Positions 26,917-32,000 of a stretch of 32,000 bases of DNA are shown in pieces. How positions within the stretch are numbered: position 1 is the stretch's first letter; the number at the start of each line of letters is the position of its first letter. The position numbers and the translations under genes were made by a program. Source of the DNA: Ruminococcus albus 7 = DSM 20455 (GTDB taxonomy: Bacteria; Bacillota; Clostridia; Oscillospirales; Ruminococcaceae); NCBI RefSeq assembly GCF_000179635.2, contig NC_014833.1, forward strand, positions 3,653,409-3,685,408, read 5' to 3'. The notes beneath the pieces are model-generated. The model saw only the letters and a program-made list of their open reading frames with translations, did not search any database and was not told where the DNA came from.

Positions 26917-27634
26917 ATATAATTATCCTATCTCCAACATCGCTGATCTTCTCGCATACTCCGTCTTTTATCAGCCATGCTTCGCCTCTCAGCTCCTGCC
27001 TGCTGTTCTTTATCAAAATGTAGCTTCCGTCAGGGATCGCATAAAACTTCCTGCCCACACTGTCAGGATACGCAATATCTTCAAATACCCTCAACCCGTC
27101 CAGCACATCGTCCTTTATGTCCTGATAATGCGGAAGTATCATCGCATTTATAAGCCCCAGACCTTTAAGAAACTTTCTGTACTCAGGGTCTGTAGCTTCA
27201 CCGTCAAGCTCAGGATGCGCATATACTACTTCTGCACTGTTCATCGTTCCTGCACTTATGCCCATGATAACTCCGCTGTAATTTTTCAGCAGACATTTCA
27301 GTCCTATATCTTCAAAGAATTTGTTCTGTGTCGGCACATGACCGCCCGCCAGTATAATAAAGTCCGAATTTTCAACAAGTTTTCCTGCAAATTGTTTATT
27401 TCTGCCGTCCAGTATTTTCATCTGAGAAAAACTTATCCCCGATTTTTCAAAACTCTCCCTTATTTCTGTTGAAAACTTTTCCGTTTTTTCATGGCTATCA
27501 GGGTCTGAACATATAAACAGTGCTGAACAATTATCTTTTACTGATTTTTTGATCTCTTTAATAAAATCATTTACATCTTTAAATCTAAAAGTCTCTGTAT
27601 CTATCAACGGCGCACTAGTCAAAAAGCATATCAT
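26915..27634 (-). CDS. Peptidase S51 (dipeptidase E-like) family protein
   Basis: The pattern ...FIILAGGHVPTQNKFF...VIMGISAGTMN... fits the S51/class I amidotransferase-like fold from memory. The antisense ORF 26891..27472 was rejected. Confidence 0.7.
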   Translation of the reverse strand: MICFLTSAPLIDTETFRFKDVNDFIKEIKKSVKDNCSALFICSDPDSHEKTEKFSTEIRESFEKSGISFSQMKILDGRNKQFAGKLVENSDFIILAGGHVPTQNKFFEDIGLKCLLKNYSGVIMGISAGTMNSAEVVYAHPELDGEATDPEYRKFLKGLGLINAMILPHYQDIKDDVLDGLRVFEDIAYPDSVGRKFYAIPDGSYILIKNSRQELRGEAWLIKDGVCEKISDVGDRIII

Positions 27635-27646
27635 ATTATTATCTCC

Positions 27647-27677
27647 AAAAAAACTGCCGAAGTAAAAACCTCGGCAG
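27647..27677 (-). terminator. Intrinsic terminator after jag
   Basis: Plus-strand CTGCCGA (27654-27660) pairs with TCGGCAG (27671-27677). The minus-strand hairpin is followed by UUUUUUU (27647-27653). Confidence 0.75.
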
Positions 27678-27684
27678 TTTATTA

Positions 27685-28500
27685 TCAGATATCTATCTTT
27701 GAATAAAGTCCCGAACCCAACATTGAATCTTCTGGCTTAGGCTTCTTGTATTCCTTCTCGAAACTTGTGGTGAAATCAAAGCCAGTGCTCTGAGGACGTC
27801 TGCCGCCCTTTCTTCCGCCGTTACCGTTTCTTCTGTTGCCGCCCTTGCCGCCGCGCTTGAAATCTCTTCCGCCGCCGCGTCTTGGGTTGGTGGAGCTGAT
27901 TATTACCTTTCTGTAAGGCTCTTCGCCCTTAGACTGAGAGGTAACACCCTCTATCTCGGATACAGCCGCATGGATGATGCGTCTCTCATAAGGATTCATA
28001 GGCTCCAGCGCTGAAGATCTTCCGCTCTTCTTAACATTGTTAGCGATCTTTGCAGCCAGTTCTTCAAGCTGCTTCTTTCTTCTCTCACGGAAACCGTTTG
28101 AGTCAGTAGTGATCCTGAAATATTCTCTGTCAACTTTGTTGCATACCAGTGATGACAGATACTGCAGTGAATCCAGCAGCTCGCCCTTGGCACCTATCAT
28201 CTCCTCAAAACCGTCGCCGTTTATCTCCAGCGATATGCCGTTTTCGATCTCAGTTACCTCAATGGTGATATTGCCAACGCCCATACCGGTAAGTACTCTT
28301 TCGATGTACTTTACAGTGATGTCAGTCTTTGTTTCGGTATACTCCGCTTCAACTCTCGCATCGCCCTTTACTTTACCAAAAAGGGACTTCTTAGGCTCTT
28401 CAATAACAGTAAAGTTGATCTTATCCTCGCTCACACCGAATTCCTGTGCAGCCAGAGCCTTTGCCTCCTCAACCGTGGGGGCAGAAAATTCCTGCTTCAT
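27685..28500 (-). CDS. jag: Jag/KhpB RNA-binding protein (Jag_N, KH and R3H domains) with a C-terminal Arg/Gly-rich tail
   Basis: N-terminus APTVEEAKALAAQEFGVSEDKINFTVIEEPKKSLFGKVKG. R3H region LEPMNPYERRIIHAAV. The position downstream of yidC is conserved. Confidence 0.9.
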   Translation of the reverse strand: MKQEFSAPTVEEAKALAAQEFGVSEDKINFTVIEEPKKSLFGKVKGDARVEAEYTETKTDITVKYIERVLTGMGVGNITIEVTEIENGISLEINGDGFEEMIGAKGELLDSLQYLSSLVCNKVDREYFRITTDSNGFRERRKKQLEELAAKIANNVKKSGRSSALEPMNPYERRIIHAAVSEIEGVTSQSKGEEPYRKVIISSTNPRRGGGRDFKRGGKGGNRRNGNGGRKGGRRPQSTGFDFTTSFEKEYKKPKPEDSMLGSGLYSKIDI

Positions 28501-28554
28501 AAGTCAAGCTCTCCTCTCATTTAATATATATCTCATCAGGATATCCTGTGAAAT

Positions 28555-29952
28555 TCAGTTTCCGTACTTTCTTGCCATCTTCTCGCGTGCCTTGCGGAGT
28601 TTCTCTCTCTGCTCGTCGGTGAGTTCCTTTTCTTCCTCATCCATCTCCTCGGCAGCCTTCTGTCTTGCCTCGTTGATCTTTTTGCGCTGTTCCTGCTTTA
28701 TCTCGTTTTTACTCTTCTTCTTGGGCTCCTCATATTCGCTGCCGCCGACCTGCTTCCTTATCTCCGCAGGATCCTTGCCCGCAGCCACCAGCTGAGCCTC
28801 AGCCATCTTCTGCATCAGATTCTGTCTGCCGCTTGTTTTCTTCTTTGCCATATCCTTTTCAACAAGCTCTGCAACATGTTCGGGAGTATATATCTTTTTG
28901 AGTATGATCATCTGGATTATACTGAACAGTGACGAGAAACACCAGTATATACCGAGTCCGATAGGATACTTGAATGTGATCCACAGTGAGAACAGGGGCA
29001 TTATATACATGACCGCATTGTTTGAACCTGTCATCTTTGCAGCCGAAGGATTGTTCTTCTTGGTATAGTACTGACTTATGATAGTAGTCAGCAGGTTCAG
29101 CAAAAAGCTGAGTATAGGCACAAGACAGCTTAACTTGTTGTCCTTCCAGCTGGGTGTGGTACCCAGATATATGCCCATGAATTCATAGTTGAAATCTTCT
29201 GAGAATTTTTCAACATCATTTGATGCAATACTCAGTACATCCGAATATTCGCTGCTCTTGTCCTGTGCGAACACGAATGTCATAAGCTCGGGTCTGCCCT
29301 CGATAAGGTTCTGTGAAAAATATTTTTCATCCAGTATGAAAGTATCGATATCATTGTGGAGCTTTATAGCGTCTATTACATTATCGACGCCGTTCTCCTT
29401 CTTGAAGCTCTTTGCTGACTTTGGATACTCATCTTCATCCTTGAAAAGACCTTCCAGCTCCTCATAAGGATCCTTGCCGTCAGCCTCATAGCCTTCGATC
29501 AGTTCCGCAAGCGTAGTGTCATGTGCCTTGACCTCAGCACTTACTATGTGCAGCTGCTTTATCATCTGGTTGGATGCCTTTACTTCGTCCTTATCCAGAC
29601 TTGATACATACGTCAGCGGACCGTAGATAACAGGTATCATCGCAAACAGTATCAGCATCATTACCAGTATAGGCAGACAGCTCGCCATCGGGTTAACGCC
29701 CGTCTCGGAATAAAGCGCCATCTGCTCCTCCTGGAGCTTCTGCTTGTTTTTACCGTACTTCTTTTCCAGCTCATCCAGCTTAGGCTTCAGCATAGCTATA
29801 CTTGCCATGCTCTTTTCCTGCTTTACACTCAGCGGGAATACGATCAACTTGGTTATCAGCGTGAATACCAGCAGGGCTATACCATAATTCTTGAATACAT
29901 AGTAACAGCCCTTCATTATCCATCCCAGAGGGATAGCAATAAGGTCGAACAA
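28555..29952 (-). CDS. yidC: Membrane protein insertase YidC/Oxa1 family (TTG start; long form with internal insertion and Lys/Glu-rich tail)
   Basis: LVFTLITKLIVFPLSVKQEKSMASIAMLKPKLDELEKKYGKNKQKLQEEQMALYSETGVNPMASCLPILV is the conserved YidC core. Synteny with yidD and rnpA supports the call. Confidence 0.9.
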   Translation of the reverse strand: MFDLIAIPLGWIMKGCYYVFKNYGIALLVFTLITKLIVFPLSVKQEKSMASIAMLKPKLDELEKKYGKNKQKLQEEQMALYSETGVNPMASCLPILVMMLILFAMIPVIYGPLTYVSSLDKDEVKASNQMIKQLHIVSAEVKAHDTTLAELIEGYEADGKDPYEELEGLFKDEDEYPKSAKSFKKENGVDNVIDAIKLHNDIDTFILDEKYFSQNLIEGRPELMTFVFAQDKSSEYSDVLSIASNDVEKFSEDFNYEFMGIYLGTTPSWKDNKLSCLVPILSFLLNLLTTIISQYYTKKNNPSAAKMTGSNNAVMYIMPLFSLWITFKYPIGLGIYWCFSSLFSIIQMIILKKIYTPEHVAELVEKDMAKKKTSGRQNLMQKMAEAQLVAAGKDPAEIRKQVGGSEYEEPKKKSKNEIKQEQRKKINEARQKAAEEMDEEEKELTDEQREKLRKAREKMARKYGN

Positions 29953-30140
29953 TTTAACTCCTCTTTTCCTAATTCATTTACCGCGAGCCCATAAGCCCGC
30001 AATATGTGCATAAGCACATTACTTTCCTTTAAATATCTGCTGCAAAATAACTTGCATATTTATCTATGCCGAATATATGCAATATAAAAGTATTGCAAAC
30101 ATCGTGCTGATGAATATACAACTTATTTCAAAACAAATTT

Positions 30141-30404
30141 CTATCTGTCCTTGCCCTTTATCCTGAAATAATCTATCCTGATCCTGTCAGGGACTTCATC
30201 TATCCCTCCCAGTGACCACGGATTGCACCTCAGCAGCCTCCATACCGTCAGCACCGTCCCCTTCAGGAAACCATGCTTTTCATAAGCCTTCAGCGCATAG
30301 CTCGAGCAGCTTGGATAATACTTGCACTGCGCAGGCAGCATCGGACTTATGAATCTTTTGTATACTTTTATCGGCAGTCTTGCCAGCCATGCAAAGGGCG
30401 ACAT
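30141..30404 (-). CDS. yidD: Membrane protein insertion efficiency factor YidD
   Basis: [49 protein letters not shown] is the YidD signature. Confidence 0.92.
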   Translation of the reverse strand: MSPFAWLARLPIKVYKRFISPMLPAQCKYYPSCSSYALKAYEKHGFLKGTVLTVWRLLRCNPWSLGGIDEVPDRIRIDYFRIKGKDR

Positions 30405-30414
30405 GATAATTACC

Positions 30415-30789
30415 TTACCTTTTTTTCTTCGCTTTATCGAAAGCCCCGTTCTGCGCAGCTTTTTCTATCTCACAGATCAGCTTACCCCTTATAAAGCTCT
30501 CGATCTCCGCAGAGGTCCTGTCGGCAGCATCGTTCCTCCCGACAAATACTATGTCGTATCCTATAGGCATTTCGGTCTCGCAGAGCCTGTAAGCAGCCCT
30601 TACTATCCTTTTTACCCTGTTCCTGCATACGGCATTCCCAAGCTTCTTTCCTGCGGTTATGCCCAGCCTGTTGAACGGTGTACCATTAGGATAAAAATAC
30701 GCACACACATATCCGCATACAGTATACCGTCCGCTGCGGTAGCATCTCTGAAATTCCTTGTTATCCTTGATGACCTGTGTGAAAAGCAT
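30415..30789 (-). CDS. rnpA: Ribonuclease P protein component
   Basis: Basic protein with the RNR-type motif ([17 protein letters not shown]). Positioned between rpmH and yidD. Confidence 0.9.
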   Translation of the reverse strand: MLFTQVIKDNKEFQRCYRSGRYTVCGYVCAYFYPNGTPFNRLGITAGKKLGNAVCRNRVKRIVRAAYRLCETEMPIGYDIVFVGRNDAADRTSAEIESFIRGKLICEIEKAAQNGAFDKAKKKR

Positions 30790-30892
30790 ACCTTACCTCT
30801 TTCGGATGTTATATTAAACGGCAGTATACCATTTACTATAAAATTTTTAATTTATAAACAAAATTAATTTACTCATAAAAAGATAAAGACCT

Positions 30893-31043
30893 TATACCAA
30901 ACAAACATCTACTGATATACCGCCGCACACGATGCACGAATAAGACCCGCAGAGATCCCCTGCGGATCACGGTCAGCAGGATAAACTGCGACCCTTCTGT
31001 GCATTACCTGCTAAGCGCCAGTATTACACTGTTTGTTGGTATA
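30893..31043 (-). other. About 150-nt structured intergenic element between rpmH and rnpA (possible elaborate terminator or attenuator)
   Basis: On the minus strand, TATACCAACAAACA (31030-31043) pairs with TGTTTGTTTGGTATA (30893-30907), giving 14 bp with one bulge. The stem encloses hairpins at 30947-30965 and 30975-31012, and U-rich sequence follows. Confidence 0.5.
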
Positions 31044-31059
31044 CGGTCATTGCTCTTTA

Positions 31060-31194
31060 TCAGTGAGTCAGTCTAGCTCTGCCTCTTGCTCTTCTGCGAG
31101 CCAGCACCTTTCTGCCGTTAGCAGTTGCCATTCTCTTTCTGAAGCCGTGGACCTTTTTCCTCTGGAGCTTCTTAGGCTGATATGTTCTCTTCAT
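31060..31194 (-). CDS. rpmH: 50S ribosomal protein L34
   Basis: [44 protein letters not shown], 44 aa, ATG at 31194 after AAGGAGAG. The listed 81-aa ORF is an upstream extension. Confidence 0.97.
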   Translation of the reverse strand: MKRTYQPKKLQRKKVHGFRKRMATANGRKVLARRRARGRARLTH

Positions 31195-31309
31195 GTCTGT
31201 TTCACTCTCCTTTATGAGTCCCGAACCTTTCACAACTGTACCCTTATCAGGACACACCCGCGAAAAAAGTCGGAAAAAATTATCCATAGCCTGTCTTTTA
31301 GACATAGCC

Positions 31310-31980
31310 CTTGTAATTTAACATTATACCTTACTTAGATATAGTTTGTCAAGTCAGTTCATAATTTATTTAATTATTATCATATATTTTTTATTATTTG
31401 ATGCCGAATATCATTTTATCCCATGAATTACCCATTAAAACCCGACTCTCATCCCCATTATCCCATTATGATGTACCAATGACAAAAATCATTCCTGTAC
31501 CAACGCATTCTATGTGATGTGTGAAAGGGAAAATCAGATCATTTGATATTCATACCCCGTGAATGTTTTTATGAACATTAAGTGATAGCTTAACTATCAT
31601 ATATATTAAAGTAAAATTTTTATTAATTTTATTGGTTCACTTTCCGAATTCCCCCGTAATACGCTAAAATAACCCCATAGAAACTGAATAATTCCTAATA
31701 CTATTATATATATAGGGGGTCTTGAAATTTAATTTGGAATGTGATATAATAAATTATATATTTGTGCCCTTTTTTAATTTTGGTAAAAATTGGAATTTTC
31801 GGTCCATAGTGACCGGCATATATCTTTTCACACTTAACTGCCGCAGAAGCTTTATCCACACACTGACGGCAGCCGCGTGTCATAAGATATGTGTCGTTTG
31901 CTGCGACCGTTATTGTACCTCCTTTGCTGTATCACAAAGCTAAGGGGGTAAGTGCGCCGTAAAACAGGATGCACATTCGG
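31310..31980. promoter_or_regulatory. rpmH-dnaA intergenic region: probable dnaA promoter and oriC-associated sequence, with one perfect DnaA box
   Basis: The classical rpmH | dnaA arrangement is present. TTATCCACA lies at 31852-31860. AT-rich tracts lie at about 31360-31400 and 31600-31790. The RBS AAGGAGG at 31990-31996 at the window edge implies that dnaA starts just beyond it. Confidence 0.6.
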
Positions 31981-32000
31981 GTAGATATTTAAGGAGGTCG

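Noticed and set aside
26891-27472. ORF 26891..27472 (+), 193 aa
   Set aside because: It is antisense to the S51 peptidase-like gene, which has recognisable motifs and a good RBS. The + strand ORF starts inside the bidirectional terminator.
28037-28795. ORF 28037..28795 (+), 252 aa, Ser-rich
   Set aside because: It is antisense to jag and the 3' end of yidC, both of which have clear family motifs. This is a typical shadow ORF.
30273-30867. ORFs 30273..30494 and 30322..30867 (+)
   Set aside because: They are antisense to yidD and rnpA, which are conserved and syntenic.
31033-31338. ORF 31033..31338 (+), and the 81-aa extended form of 31060..31305 (-)
   Set aside because: The + ORF is antisense to rpmH. 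The extended minus ORF adds 37 non-conserved residues upstream of the canonical MKRTYQPK start, which has its own RBS.
31415-31466. TTATCCCAT at 31415-31423 and 31458-31466 read as additional DnaA boxes
   Set aside because: Each has three mismatches to TTATCCACA in the 3' half, so they cannot be counted without a quantitative matrix.

Overview
The window appears to come from a Firmicutes/Clostridia chromosome; the 16S looks Ruminococcus/Oscillospiraceae-like by eye. It reads as three blocks.

(1) 1-18065 is the right-hand part of an integrated conjugative or mobilizable element.
- The backbone on the + strand holds a T4SS coupling-protein C-terminus, two tandem RHH genes, a RepA_N-like wHTH gene, an XRE regulator and topoisomerase III.
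- A roughly 12 kb AT-rich cargo region follows. It carries a lipoprotein and membrane proteins, a four-gene small-ORF operon, an RHH regulator with a triple operator, a HipA-like kinase, an MmeI-family Type IIL restriction-modification enzyme and several unknown genes.
- A tyrosine integrase sits at the right end.

(2) 18076-24170 is a minus-strand rRNA operon: four tandem promoters, then 16S, tRNA-Ala, tRNA-Ile, 23S, 5S, tRNA-Lys, tRNA-Glu, tRNA-CAT, tRNA-Trp and a terminator.

(3) 24342-32000 is origin-proximal housekeeping: cls, a metallophosphoesterase, an S51 peptidase, jag, yidC, yidD, rnpA, rpmH, and the AT-rich rpmH-dnaA intergenic region with one perfect DnaA box. dnaA itself starts just beyond the window.

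Two signals stand out.
- One perfect palindrome (core TGTGTCTATAGACACA, extended to 22-26 bp in three copies) occurs six times, only in the cargo region. It always sits at the 3' ends of transcription units. The last copy lies at the element/chromosome junction, and one copy overlaps the integrase stop codon. This suggests recombination or cassette boundary sites.
- A roughly 0.7 kb ORF-free, hairpin-dense segment lies between the integrase and the tRNA cluster and is driven by a consensus promoter. It is a candidate large structured RNA; the context resembles that reported for ROOL/GOLLD, but this is unverified.

All calls come from reading the sequence and from motif memory. No searches were run. 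rRNA ends are approximate to 10-20 nt.
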